Below, one piece after another: positions 16,281-25,200 of a DNA stretch of 32,000 nucleotides. A model generated the notes under the pieces. The model was given only the letters and a program-made list of their open reading frames with translations. It searched no databases and was not told where the DNA came from. Made by a program: the position numbers and the translations under genes. The stretch's first letter is position 1; each line of letters begins with the position of its first letter. Source of the stretch: Candidatus Nanosynbacter lyticus (GTDB lineage: Bacteria > Patescibacteriota > Saccharimonadia > Saccharimonadales > Saccharimonadaceae); NCBI RefSeq assembly GCF_030253515.1, contig NZ_CP124549.1, positions 300,001 to 332,000 of the forward strand, in the 5' to 3' direction.

Positions 16281-17684
16281 TTTGTAGGCCTTGGTGACCG
16301 GTGCCAGGCCGCGGGCGACGCGTTCGCGGTTGGCTTTTAGCTGCTTTTCGTCGCGGAAAGATAGTTTAATTGGTGTGCCAGCAAAGTTGAAGGCTTCGCG
16401 TAAAGTTCGCTCCAGGTAGCGTTTGTAGCTCCAGTGGACGAATTTGAGGTTGCTGCCGTAGATGACGAACCATGGCGGAGCTGTGTCGGTCTGGACGATG
16501 TAGCGGAGCTTTGGATGCGAGTTCTTCAGGCCGGCTGGCGGATGAGCGGCGACGGCTTTTTGTAAGAGGTCGTTGAGGACGCGGGTCTTGCATTCTTGGC
16601 GGCGGCGCTTATAAATATCGAGGGCTAGGTCGAACAATTTGGCGACGTTTTGACCGGTAACTGATGAAGTGAAAATCAGCGGTGCGTAGGGCGTGAATTT
16701 GAAATGATAGCTAATTTGCGGCGCTAGCTCGTCACGGGTGTAGGCGTCTTTACCTTCGACGGAGTCCCATTTGCTGACGACCAGGACTAGACCTTTGCCT
16801 GCTTCGTCGATGATGCCTGCCAGGCGTTGGTCTAGTCCGACGTTCAATTCGTTGACATCCATCAGCAGGAAGCAGATGTCGGCTTCGTTGATGGCCTGCA
16901 TGGTGCGCAGGACGGAGAACTTTTCGATGCCAGTTTCTTGTTTGCCCTGGCGGCGGATGCCGGCGGTGTCGAGTAGTTCGATGGTCTGGCTGTGGTAGCG
17001 GACTTGGACGCGGTTGACGTCGCGGGTGGTGCCGGCGACGTTGGCGACGATGGCTTGCTGCTTGCCTGCTAGGGTGTTGAATAAGTTGCTTTTGCCGACA
17101 TTTGGCCTGCCAATCAAGGCGACACGGATGATGTCGTCTGGCGTGGTTTGAGTGGCTGGCGGGATGAGATCGGCAATGTTGTCAAGTAGCTCAGAGATGC
17201 CGATGTTGTGCTCGGCAGAGGTTTTGATGATGGTTTTGATGCCGAGACGCTTGAATTCGTCGGTGTGGAGTGAGCCTTTGAGGTCGGCTTTATTGGCGAT
17301 GAGGAGGACGGGTTTGCCGCTTTTGAGGGCTTTTTTGGCCAGTTGGCGGTCAGCATCTGATGGGTAGACGGTGGAGTCGACCATAACGAGGATGACGTCG
17401 GCCGCGGCGGAGGCGTCAGCGATTTGGTCTTGGATGGTGGCTTCGAATTCGTCTTCAGCGGGTTTGAGGCCGGCGGTGTCGATGAGCCAGAATTCAGCTT
17501 GGCTTGCCTCATCAGGAGATGAGGCGCGGCGTTTATATGAGACTTTGCCAACGACGTTATCGCGGGTGGTGCCGGCTTCGCGGGCGACGATGGCGGTGCG
17601 GGCGCGCGTCAAGCGATTGAACAATGAACTTTTGCCAACGTTAGCTTGGCCGATGATGGCGACGGTAGGTAATTTATGAGACAT
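16251..17684 (-). CDS. der: GTPase Der (EngA), double G-domain plus KH-like domain
   Basis: Two P-loops (GQANVGKSS, GRPNVGKSN), DTAG motifs, NKAD and SKWD. Confidence 0.95.
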   Translation of the reverse strand: MSHKLPTVAIIGQANVGKSSLFNRLTRARTAIVAREAGTTRDNVVGKVSYKRRASSPDEASQAEFWLIDTAGLKPAEDEFEATIQDQIADASAAADVILVMVDSTVYPSDADRQLAKKALKSGKPVLLIANKADLKGSLHTDEFKRLGIKTIIKTSAEHNIGISELLDNIADLIPPATQTTPDDIIRVALIGRPNVGKSNLFNTLAGKQQAIVANVAGTTRDVNRVQVRYHSQTIELLDTAGIRRQGKQETGIEKFSVLRTMQAINEADICFLLMDVNELNVGLDQRLAGIIDEAGKGLVLVVSKWDSVEGKDAYTRDELAPQISYHFKFTPYAPLIFTSSVTGQNVAKLFDLALDIYKRRRQECKTRVLNDLLQKAVAAHPPAGLKNSHPKLRYIVQTDTAPPWFVIYGSNLKFVHWSYKRYLERTLREAFNFAGTPIKLSFRDEKQLKANRERVARGLAPVTKAYKQAKNAEKGI

Positions 17685-17741
17685 AATTACGCCTATTATA
17701 CCAGAGGCTTGGGGTTTTGGCGAGGATGAGCGTTATGAGGC

Positions 17742-18197
17742 TTAATTACTATTTGTTGGGGTGGTTGTCGCTTCAATGCTTGGTACAGGACTAGTTGGTG
17801 TTGGCGAAGTGTAACCGCATTCAGGGCTGTTAGGGATGGCGGTGATGCTGCCTGTTCTTGAATTAGCGTTGTAATATCGATACAACAGCGTAGGTCCATT
17901 GCAGGCTTTTGCTATATGTGAGTAAGCACTCAATTCCCCTTCCTCGCAGTCGTCGCCACCAGCACAGCCTTTATCAACAATCTTCCAATCAAGATCGGGG
18001 TTGCCTCTTGAATCTGTCTTCGTGTCAGCCGCAGGGCTTCCCTGCTCTTGTGCTGTACTGGTTACTTCCGTCTTTTCTTTTGGTGCGCAGCATCCTGACA
18101 TAAATAGTGCAGTGGTGGCCACAGCACCAAGTACTGCTCCCGCTTTTTGCCATAATGATTCGTTGCCACTATTTGGAAATTCTGATGTATTGCTCAC
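17742..18197 (-). CDS. Putative secreted Cys-rich lipoprotein (151 aa)
   Basis: GTG 18197 with AAAGGAG 5 nt upstream. Signal peptide ends in a lipobox-like FMSGC. Eight Cys residues; Thr/Pro-rich C-terminus. Confidence 0.6.
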   Translation of the reverse strand: MSNTSEFPNSGNESLWQKAGAVLGAVATTALFMSGCCAPKEKTEVTSTAQEQGSPAADTKTDSRGNPDLDWKIVDKGCAGGDDCEEGELSAYSHIAKACNGPTLLYRYYNANSRTGSITAIPNSPECGYTSPTPTSPVPSIEATTTPTNSN

Positions 18198-18233
18198 GAC
18201 TACTCCTTTGTACGCTCTGTATTTATGATATAG

Positions 18234-18262
18234 ATTATACAATTTGTGTGAGGCTATAGCAA
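18234..18262 (-). promoter_or_regulatory. Promoter TTGCTA-N17-TATAAT for the lipoprotein gene
   Basis: Hexamers at 18262-18257 and 18239-18234 on the minus strand; 36-nt leader containing the SD. Confidence 0.45.
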
Positions 18263-18361
18263 ACTAATTCGTTAGAATTCCCTGCGCTTACTGGTGGCCG
18301 TGGGCAATGTGTAAACATACATAATAGGGGCACGGGGTTTTGGCGAAAGACAATGAAAATA

Positions 18362-18469
18362 GCCCACCGAATGAGCTCAAACCAGAACTGGATATGTCTC
18401 AACCCAGGAAATGCAAATGATGCATCTCAACCAGTTTGAGGTCAGTTCGGTGAGCTATTTTCGGTGGGC
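18362..18469 (-). other. Large compound hairpin (terminator-like or small RNA)
   Basis: GCCCACCGA (18362-18370) pairs perfectly with TCGGTGGGC (18461-18469), and a further 6 bp lie inside. The interior holds sub-hairpins ATGCA/TGCAT and CTCAA/TTGAG and three CTCAAMCCAG copies. It begins 8 nt after the upstream stop and is followed on the minus strand by TATTTTC. Confidence 0.4.
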
Positions 18470-18476
18470 GTTAGCC

Positions 18477-18767
18477 CTATCTCTTTGAAGCCTCCTTTCT
18501 CTTGATGTCGAAGAGACTCAGCATCGTGATCACCCCCGCAGGGGCGATCACGATGACGATGTAGATCGTCATCGCAATGATGAATCCCCATCCTCTTGCC
18601 CAGGTGGCGAGGAGTAGCGGGAATAGTGTGGCCGCGAACCAAAAGAGGATCCCCGCTCCCCGGAATCTCAATTCGTCGGTGACGGTGCAGACCGCGGCCG
18701 TTGCCGCGATGGTCGCCCCCACAAGGAGGATCGCGATCATAATGATCATCGGCGCAAACTGATTCAC
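18477..18767 (-). CDS. Small membrane protein (about 96 aa, 3 predicted TM) driven by repeat copy 2
   Basis: The listed start at 18863 lies upstream of the repeat promoter. GTG 18767 follows AAGGAAAG; the alternative is ATG 18749. The protein is hydrophobic throughout with a basic C-terminus. Confidence 0.55.
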   Translation of the reverse strand: MNQFAPMIIMIAILLVGATIAATAAVCTVTDELRFRGAGILFWFAATLFPLLLATWARGWGFIIAMTIYIVIVIAPAGVITMLSLFDIKRKEASKR

Positions 18768-18843
18768 AATCTTTCCTTTCGGTAGAAGAAAAAGCTCAAA
18801 GCTAAAGGGCGACTTCCCGCTCTTTATCGAAAACTTTGAGCTG

Positions 18844-18934
18844 AAAGCTGATATATATATCACTAATAGAATAAAATGTCAATGGATTTTGTCAAAAATG
18901 TGGTATAATATGCCTTTTCGGCGTTTTTGGCCTG
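18844..18934. repeat. Copy 2 of the ~92-bp repeat
   Basis: See 16189-16280. This copy ends 2 nt before the stop codon of the pseudouridine synthase gene. Confidence 0.85.
18854..18882 (-). promoter_or_regulatory. Repeat-borne promoter TTGACA-N17-TATATA (copy 2)
   Basis: Same hexamers as copy 1 (18882-18877 and 18859-18854). This copy also has a plus-strand extended -10, TGGTATAAT, that copy 1 lacks. Confidence 0.5.
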
Positions 18935-18936
18935 GG

Positions 18937-19656
18937 TTAATCGGTGAACGGTTGCTTAACGAATTCCCCGCGTTTGATGTCGCCGAGGCTGTAATTACCA
19001 AAATCTGTCCGGTGGAGTTTGGTGACGGTGTAGCCGAGGGCGGCGAAGGTGCGGCGGATTTGGCGGTTGCGGCCTTCGCTCATCTGGACGATCCAGCGAT
19101 GGTCGTCGCCCTCGTGCTGGCGTTCGAGCGTTAATTGGCTGGGTCCGTCAGGTAGCTGCACGCCAAAGTCATTGATCATTTGCCGGTGGAGCGGCTGGAG
19201 CGGTTGGTCGAGCGTGACCAGATAGCGCTTTATTTTATAAAACGACGGATGTGTCATTTGATGGGCAAAATCCCCGTCGTTGGTGAGGAGGATGAGGCCC
19301 GAACTGTCTTTGTCCAGGCGACCGACGGGTTTCAAGTGATGGAGGCTGGTCGGTAATAATTCGTAAATAGTCGGTACGCCGCCCTGAGAGGCGCGTGAAC
19401 AGAGGTAGCCGACGGGTTTGTGGAGGAGGATGAGTTGGTGGGTTTGAGCGGTGAGTGGTTTGTTGCCGTAGCGAATGATGTCGGTTGTAGTGATGCGTTG
19501 ACCCAGCTTGGCGGGCTGGTCATTCACCGTGACCTTGCCCTGCTCGATCAGCTCGTCAGCCTGGCGGCGCGACACACCAAGCGCCAGCGCCACGAATTTG
19601 TTGAGGCGCTGGGCGGATGAATCGGTAGAATCGGATGTTTGCGTTGGTGTCGTCAT
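18937..19656 (-). CDS. RsuA/RluB-family pseudouridine synthase with N-terminal S4 domain
   Basis: S4 region (LNKFVALALGVSRRQADELIEQGKV) and catalytic motif GRLDKDSSGLILLTNDG. The start lies 1 nt after the upstream stop. Confidence 0.9.
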   Translation of the reverse strand: MTTPTQTSDSTDSSAQRLNKFVALALGVSRRQADELIEQGKVTVNDQPAKLGQRITTTDIIRYGNKPLTAQTHQLILLHKPVGYLCSRASQGGVPTIYELLPTSLHHLKPVGRLDKDSSGLILLTNDGDFAHQMTHPSFYKIKRYLVTLDQPLQPLHRQMINDFGVQLPDGPSQLTLERQHEGDDHRWIVQMSEGRNRQIRRTFAALGYTVTKLHRTDFGNYSLGDIKRGEFVKQPFTD

Positions 19657-19657
19657 A

Positions 19658-21088
19658 CTAGGAGGCTACCGGTGGCTGCGGCGGAAAGGCGTTGGTCGGC
19701 GGCTGGGGTGTCGCTGGCTGTGCTGTGGGCGATGGCTCACCTTTAGGGGTTGAGGTCTGCTCTGGCTCGGACGCTGGAGCTGGGTCGGTCGGCATCGGTG
19801 CTGGGGTGGGCAGGACGAATGGCGTATCATCATTTTGTGGTTGTGATGATGCCGTGTTGGCGAGCTCGGCATTGATCGCGGTACCGGTATCAAGTGGCTG
19901 GTCATCGGCTGGCGTCGGCAGCGGCTCGAGTGCATCAAGCGTCAGGTCGCCGTGCGGCTCGGTCATAGCATCAGGCGTCGGCAGCGTGAAGTCGTTTGAA
20001 TCTGGCGCTGGCTGTGATGAGGCCTGCATAGACTCGAGTTGGTCGCTGAGCTCCTGTTCCATCATCTTGGACATGTCTGGCTGTGGCTCTTGGCTCAGTG
20101 GCTGGATCACCCGCTCACCACCATGGCTGGTCGGCTGCGGCGATGGTGATGAGACTGGCGCTGTTGGCTCTGGCAGGGCGTCGGCCGGTGGCGTTGGTGC
20201 TGGCTCAGGGGACGGCGCTGGGTCAGAGACCGGAGGTTGCTCTACCTCGGGTGCTGGAGTTGGCGCTGGGTCGGCTGGCGTCACTGGTTCTGTGGTGGCC
20301 GGCTCGGCGGTTTGCTCAGTCGATGCGGACGGAGCCGTCGGTGCCAATGGGGCGCTCGGCAGGACGAACGGTGCTGGGTCAGTTGCTGGAGGGGTCGAAT
20401 TATCTGGATTAGCTTGAGTGGGCGTGGTAGCTGAGCCATCCTGAGTTAGCGGGGCCATCGGTGCAGTCGGTGCTGGGGTGACAACTTGTGTGGCGATTGG
20501 TCCAGCGAATTTATCGCTTTCGAGGACTGTGCGCTGCTCGGCGGGGACGGCAGAAATTTCATCTAAAAACTGTCGAGCCTGCGCGTCGGCAGCTGCTATC
20601 TCTGTCGGTGATGGTAAGGTGACTGCCGGAGCGTCTTGCTGGGTGGCCGGTGCCTTCAACGGCGCGTCAGCTGCTACGGGCTCTGCGGCCGGCTCGGGCG
20701 CGACGGGAGTCGGTTCTGGCGCATCGCCGAGTACTTCGTGGACGGTGCGCACCACGTCTTCGATGCCAACTTGCGACTTAACGAGGTAGCGATCAGCGCC
20801 GAGGGCTTCGCCACGTTGCCGCTGGTCTTCGGATGACAGCGCGGTCATCATGATGACTTTGACGTCGCGTGTCTCGGTGGTCGAGCGCAAGATATCCAGC
20901 ATGTCAAAGCCAGAAATCTTGGGCATCATCACGTCGCTGACGATCAAGGCCGGGCGTTCTTTGATAGCCATAGCCAAGGCCTCTTCACCGTCGCCCGCCG
21001 AAACGATGTCGTAGCCTTCAGCTAGTAACCTGACGCCGTAAATCTCGCGCAGGCTTTTGTCGTCTTCTACTAGTAAAATCTTTGTCAT
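19658..21088 (-). CDS. Response regulator receiver domain fused to a ~355-aa Pro/Ala/Thr-rich low-complexity tail (no DNA-binding domain seen)
   Basis: aa 1-120 form a CheY-like receiver (ILLVEDD..SDVMMPKISG..VKS). The rest is an uninterrupted PAT-rich ORF with recurring PFVLP(S/T)/FTLPTP motifs. Confidence 0.8.
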   Translation of the reverse strand: MTKILLVEDDKSLREIYGVRLLAEGYDIVSAGDGEEALAMAIKERPALIVSDVMMPKISGFDMLDILRSTTETRDVKVIMMTALSSEDQRQRGEALGADRYLVKSQVGIEDVVRTVHEVLGDAPEPTPVAPEPAAEPVAADAPLKAPATQQDAPAVTLPSPTEIAAADAQARQFLDEISAVPAEQRTVLESDKFAGPIATQVVTPAPTAPMAPLTQDGSATTPTQANPDNSTPPATDPAPFVLPSAPLAPTAPSASTEQTAEPATTEPVTPADPAPTPAPEVEQPPVSDPAPSPEPAPTPPADALPEPTAPVSSPSPQPTSHGGERVIQPLSQEPQPDMSKMMEQELSDQLESMQASSQPAPDSNDFTLPTPDAMTEPHGDLTLDALEPLPTPADDQPLDTGTAINAELANTASSQPQNDDTPFVLPTPAPMPTDPAPASEPEQTSTPKGEPSPTAQPATPQPPTNAFPPQPPVAS

Positions 21089-21133
21089 AACTACCCCTAC
21101 TATACCGAAGTTTGCGCCAAAATACTATAGTGG

Positions 21134-23110
21134 TTATGGTTTTTGTTGGGCAGCGTCTGGTTCTGGGGCGGCGAGCGGTACTGATGGCGTGGGTGTAGCG
21201 GTTGGCTCAGTTGGTGGTGCGGGCATCAGCGGCAGCGGACTAAAGTTGGGCGGCGGCACGGGCGGTGTGGCCGGCTTAGTCAGGACGGTAGCGGCGGCAT
21301 CCGGCTGCGTGGCATTGATCGGGACAGTTGGCTGGACGGCGACAGCGGTTGGCGGTTCGGTGGCTAGTGGTGGAGCAGCGGGCGCGGGGGTGGTTGGTAA
21401 TTGGCGCATGGCCTCGTCGGTTCGGGTGCGAGGAATCTCGAGAAAGAAAGTGCTACCCTTGCGGTATTCGCTGATGACGAATAGGCGGCCGGACATCGCC
21501 TCGGTCAAGCGGCGGCTGAGATACAAGCCGAGGCCGGTGCCGCCGATCTCGCGAGTGTCGGAGTTGTCGACGCGGTAGAACTTTTGAAAGAGGTGTGGCA
21601 CATCTTCGGCGGGGATGCCGATACCGCTGTCTTGGACGCTGATGGTGATTGTTTTATCATCGCCGGTGATGTCTACGACTACTTCCCCGTCGGGCGTGTA
21701 CTTGATGGCGTTTTCGATCAAGTTAGAAACAACTTCACGGAGGTGATCGGCGTCAACGTTGGCGTAGTAGGCTGGCTGGACAGTGGCGGCGGCGTCCGGA
21801 CGGAAGGTGCAGACGAGGCCTTTTTCGGCGGCGCGTGGCGCCAGGCCCTCAAAGATCTCGCCGACGAAGGTGGTGATATTGATAATCTGTGGCTCATTCT
21901 TGAGGCGGCCGTCTTCGGCGCGGCTAATGTCGAGCAGGTCTTGGAATAACCGACCGAGGTGCTGGGCTGAGGCGTGGGCCTTGGTGATGAAATCGCGCGC
22001 CTTGTCGTCAATGTGGGCGGTGGCTGGGTTGAGGGCCAGGCCGAGATAGCCCTCGATGGAGGCGACGGGCGTGCGCATTTCGTGGCTGGCGGTAGAGATG
22101 AATTCGGCTTGCTGGCGCTCCTCGGCTTTCTCCTTGGTGATGTCGCGAAAGACGACGATAATGCCTTCGCTATCTTTACCGACTGGCGAGGCGACGATGG
22201 AGACGAGGATTTGCTTGTCAGAGGCGGTGCGGAGGAGTAATTTGTCGGAGTGCGCTGGCCGATTATTGATCAGTGATTGCATGACCGGGTTTTCGGTGAC
22301 GGTGACGTCTTTGCCATCGGCGGTGACTAATTGGATGACGCTTTGCCATTTGAGGCCGAGGGCGTCGCCTTGGTTCCAGCCGATGATCCGCTGGGCTGAG
22401 GGGTTGATTAGCTCGATATTGCCCTCGCGCGAGATGGCCAGCACGCCGTCATCAATGGTGTTAATGACGATGTCAGAGGTGCCCTCGGCGGTGGATAGCT
22501 TGGTGCGAAGTTCAGATATGTCGCCGAGCTTGCTGACGCGTGGCTGATGGCGCCAGATAATAAAGCCAAGAGCTAGTGGCGCCAGGCCAAAAAATAGGGC
22601 GCCAATCGTGGCGATGGGGCTGGCGTGCTGGGTGATGGCGGCAGTGGTGATGGCGGTGACGACGAGGAGGCTGGTGCCGAGGACGACGGGCCAGCCAAAG
22701 AAGCCGGCGAACACCGCAGCGCTGAGCCAGGCGGCGGCGAATGGCGAGGCCAGAAAGCCGCTGGTGGCAACCAGCGAACCGACGGCGAGGATGATTAGGC
22801 CATAGACAGCGATGGATGCGGCGGTGATGGCTCGGCGCGGTAGCCACAGACAGAGGATGAGGGCGGTGAGGCTGACGAGGGCGCTGATGGCGGCGGCGAG
22901 GTCGGTGATGGCTTCGCCGATGGGTAGCCGGTAACCGGTCGGGATAAAGCGCGCCCAGGAGTAGAGGAGGACGATGACCAGCCCGACGAACAAGGCTGCC
23001 TCGCACAGTCGCCGCAGCCAAAATCGCGACAATTCACCGACTTGTGAAATATCCCCCGCCCACTTCATGCTTGTATTATAGACCGAGACGAGCAAAAATG
23101 ATACCCACAT
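21134..23110 (-). CDS. Multi-TM PAS sensor histidine kinase with an ~87-aa Pro-rich C-terminal tail
   Basis: About 6 TM segments, a PAS-like region, H-box SHEMRTPV and HATPase_c (GTGLGLYL). The likely true start is ATG 23068, which has TATAAT 6 nt upstream. Confidence 0.85.
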   Translation of the reverse strand: MWVSFLLVSVYNTSMKWAGDISQVGELSRFWLRRLCEAALFVGLVIVLLYSWARFIPTGYRLPIGEAITDLAAAISALVSLTALILCLWLPRRAITAASIAVYGLIILAVGSLVATSGFLASPFAAAWLSAAVFAGFFGWPVVLGTSLLVVTAITTAAITQHASPIATIGALFFGLAPLALGFIIWRHQPRVSKLGDISELRTKLSTAEGTSDIVINTIDDGVLAISREGNIELINPSAQRIIGWNQGDALGLKWQSVIQLVTADGKDVTVTENPVMQSLINNRPAHSDKLLLRTASDKQILVSIVASPVGKDSEGIIVVFRDITKEKAEERQQAEFISTASHEMRTPVASIEGYLGLALNPATAHIDDKARDFITKAHASAQHLGRLFQDLLDISRAEDGRLKNEPQIINITTFVGEIFEGLAPRAAEKGLVCTFRPDAAATVQPAYYANVDADHLREVVSNLIENAIKYTPDGEVVVDITGDDKTITISVQDSGIGIPAEDVPHLFQKFYRVDNSDTREIGGTGLGLYLSRRLTEAMSGRLFVISEYRKGSTFFLEIPRTRTDEAMRQLPTTPAPAAPPLATEPPTAVAVQPTVPINATQPDAAATVLTKPATPPVPPPNFSPLPLMPAPPTEPTATPTPSVPLAAPEPDAAQQKP

Positions 23111-23167
23111 TGAGCCACGTCATGGCAAGTCAAGCATGGTACGCATTTGGCTGCCCTGAGGGGCCGC

Positions 23168-24427
23168 TCAGCCCTTCCCTAAAATCGCCTCGAGCATCTT
23201 CATTCGCGAGGCCATGATGGCGGGGATGGCACCGCTGATAATGGCGACTACTAGCACAACCTCGGCACGGAATAGCAATTCCCACCACGATATGTTGAGT
23301 GTCACGTCAGCAATTGGCAGACTGAACGGATGCGCCACTACATATGGCACTAGTCCACCGAGGAAAATTACCAAGCCGACCGCTATACCGCACACCGCAT
23401 AAAATAGCGCTAGTAGAACGTAGCTAAAGACGATCACTCGCGGCTTGACGCCAATTGCCCGCTGAATGCCGATTTGCCGCCGCTTGTTGATGATGTCAAC
23501 GTAAATCACGATGAAGATCGTCACCGCCGCAATGATAATGCCAACTATCAGCATAATAGCGTTGAGCGACTGAAAGCTACCGGTAATCGTATCCATAACC
23601 GTCGCTCCGTCACGCCAATCGTGAACCCGCAGGCCCGGATAGTTCAGGTCAGTAAGTGCTCGTTGCACCGACGCTTCCTTGCCGCGGCTGGTGCGCACGA
23701 CGATCATGCTGGCATCGTTCTCGCCAGCCGTCAAATGGCTCGGTATACCGCTGGTGAGCTTGCGCCATAAACCGCGCGAGATGTACGCCTGAATATCTGC
23801 ATTATAGAACTTCGTCGAGGTAATACCGCCGACCTTAACGTTGACCTTTTTACCGTTAACATTTATCGTTACCCGATCGCCAACTTTAACCCCTTCAAGC
23901 GAACCTCTCTCGAGCAGCCGGCTACCCAGCATGATCTCGTCGTCGCTCGCCAAAAACGTTCCATCCGACACGCGATTAGCGACCTCCAGGGTTTGGCGAA
24001 AGGCTTGCGGATTAACGACATTGATCCGGGCCTGCACTTGCTTGTCATCGTTATATCCTAATACCGCCGGCACAGCCAGGATTTTGTCAGCCGCCGTCAC
24101 ACCGTCGATGCGTTTGATCTCGGCCAGCTTGTCATCGACATTGGTGATGTACTCGCCAGGCTTTTTGACATCAATATAGGCCTCACCGACCATTAAATTC
24201 TTGATCTGCGATTCAATCGCCGACGTGACGCCAGCTAGCAGCGACGATATGAAGGCTAGATTAATGAATGCCACCGCCACCAGCAGCGTCGTCAGGCCCA
24301 GAGTCCACTTGCGACCACGCACGATGTACTGCCGCATCAACCGCCAGCCCAGCAAGAACTCGCGCCACAGATTGTTCTTGGGCTGGCGCGGCGTTTGCGT
24401 TTCCTGCGTTTTGCGGGACTGGCTCAT
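23168..24427 (-). CDS. MacB/FtsX-type ABC transporter permease
   Basis: N-terminal TM, ~230-aa extracytoplasmic domain, C-terminal FtsX-like 3-TM bundle, ATGA overlap with the ATPase gene. Confidence 0.85.
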   Translation of the reverse strand: MSQSRKTQETQTPRQPKNNLWREFLLGWRLMRQYIVRGRKWTLGLTTLLVAVAFINLAFISSLLAGVTSAIESQIKNLMVGEAYIDVKKPGEYITNVDDKLAEIKRIDGVTAADKILAVPAVLGYNDDKQVQARINVVNPQAFRQTLEVANRVSDGTFLASDDEIMLGSRLLERGSLEGVKVGDRVTINVNGKKVNVKVGGITSTKFYNADIQAYISRGLWRKLTSGIPSHLTAGENDASMIVVRTSRGKEASVQRALTDLNYPGLRVHDWRDGATVMDTITGSFQSLNAIMLIVGIIIAAVTIFIVIYVDIINKRRQIGIQRAIGVKPRVIVFSYVLLALFYAVCGIAVGLVIFLGGLVPYVVAHPFSLPIADVTLNISWWELLFRAEVVLVVAIISGAIPAIMASRMKMLEAILGKG

Positions 24428-25146
24428 AGTAGTCTCCCGGCTGCGGGCTGACGCTCGCCTTTTAGCTTGCCGTTTTCAAACACGATTTGCCGCTTGGCGT
24501 AAGCTAGTTCATCAGCTTCATGCGAGATCATCACCAAGGTTATGCCGCTGGCATTAATTTCCTTCAATGTTTCCATGACATTTGTTGAAGCAACTGTATC
24601 TAGGTTAGCCGTCGGCTCGTCGGCAAAGATAATGTGCGGCTCATTGACCAGCGCTCGGGCAATCGCCACGCGCTGCTGTTCGCCGCCGGATAATTGCGAT
24701 GGCAGGTGGCGCGCTCTGTCCTTCAAACCAACACGATCCAGTTCGTGCAGAGCTTTTTGCCGAGCAATCTTCGCCGAGCACCACATCAGTCGCGGCAACA
24801 TGACGTTTTCTAGGGCGGTGAGCTCACGAATCAGGGCATACTCTTGAAAAATATAGCCAACTTGGCGCAGGCGCAGTTCAATTCGCTGTTTTTCTGGCAG
24901 CCGAGTGATCTCTATCGCTGGTGTTTCGTCACCCCTACTATCAAACCAGATTGTGCCGTTATCAGGGCGGTCCAACATCGCCACCTGATGCATAAAGGTT
25001 GATTTGCCCGAACCGTTGCGCCCTGTGATCATCAGAAAATCGCCGTGACGAATCGAAAAACTGACGTCCTTGAGCGCACGCGTGGCGCTATCACCCGAAC
25101 CGTAGGTCTTGCTGAGATGCTCAATGGTAAGAATTTCGCGGGCCAT
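24424..25146 (-). CDS. MacB/LolD-type ABC transporter ATP-binding protein
   Basis: Walker A GRNGSGKST, signature LSGGEQQR, Walker B IIFADEP. Start set at ATG 25146. The listed 25182 start is a TTG that coincides with the -35 element TTGAAG. Confidence 0.9.
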   Translation of the reverse strand: MAREILTIEHLSKTYGSGDSATRALKDVSFSIRHGDFLMITGRNGSGKSTFMHQVAMLDRPDNGTIWFDSRGDETPAIEITRLPEKQRIELRLRQVGYIFQEYALIRELTALENVMLPRLMWCSAKIARQKALHELDRVGLKDRARHLPSQLSGGEQQRVAIARALVNEPHIIFADEPTANLDTVASTNVMETLKEINASGITLVMISHEADELAYAKRQIVFENGKLKGERQPAAGRLL

Positions 25147-25200
25147 AGTATCAGTATAGCGCGCGGTGGGGCGCCGCTTCAAGCCGAGATCCCGAAAAAC

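Noticed and set aside
17711-18346. Identical 13-mer GGGGTTTTGGCGA at 17711-17723 (der promoter region) and 18334-18346, with loosely similar flanks.
   Set aside because: By my rough estimate several 13-mer coincidences are expected by chance in 32 kb on both strands. The second copy lacks a good -10 at the right spacing, and a better promoter for the downstream gene exists at 18234-18262.
19666-23037. Many long ORFs overlapping the PAT-rich regulator and the kinase genes on both strands (e.g. 19692-20417, 21057-21578, 22512-23021).
   Set aside because: They lie in GC-rich, low-complexity coding DNA where stop codons are rare in all frames. Their translations are Arg/Gly/Ser/Pro-rich nonsense, while the recognised domain-bearing frames explain the region.
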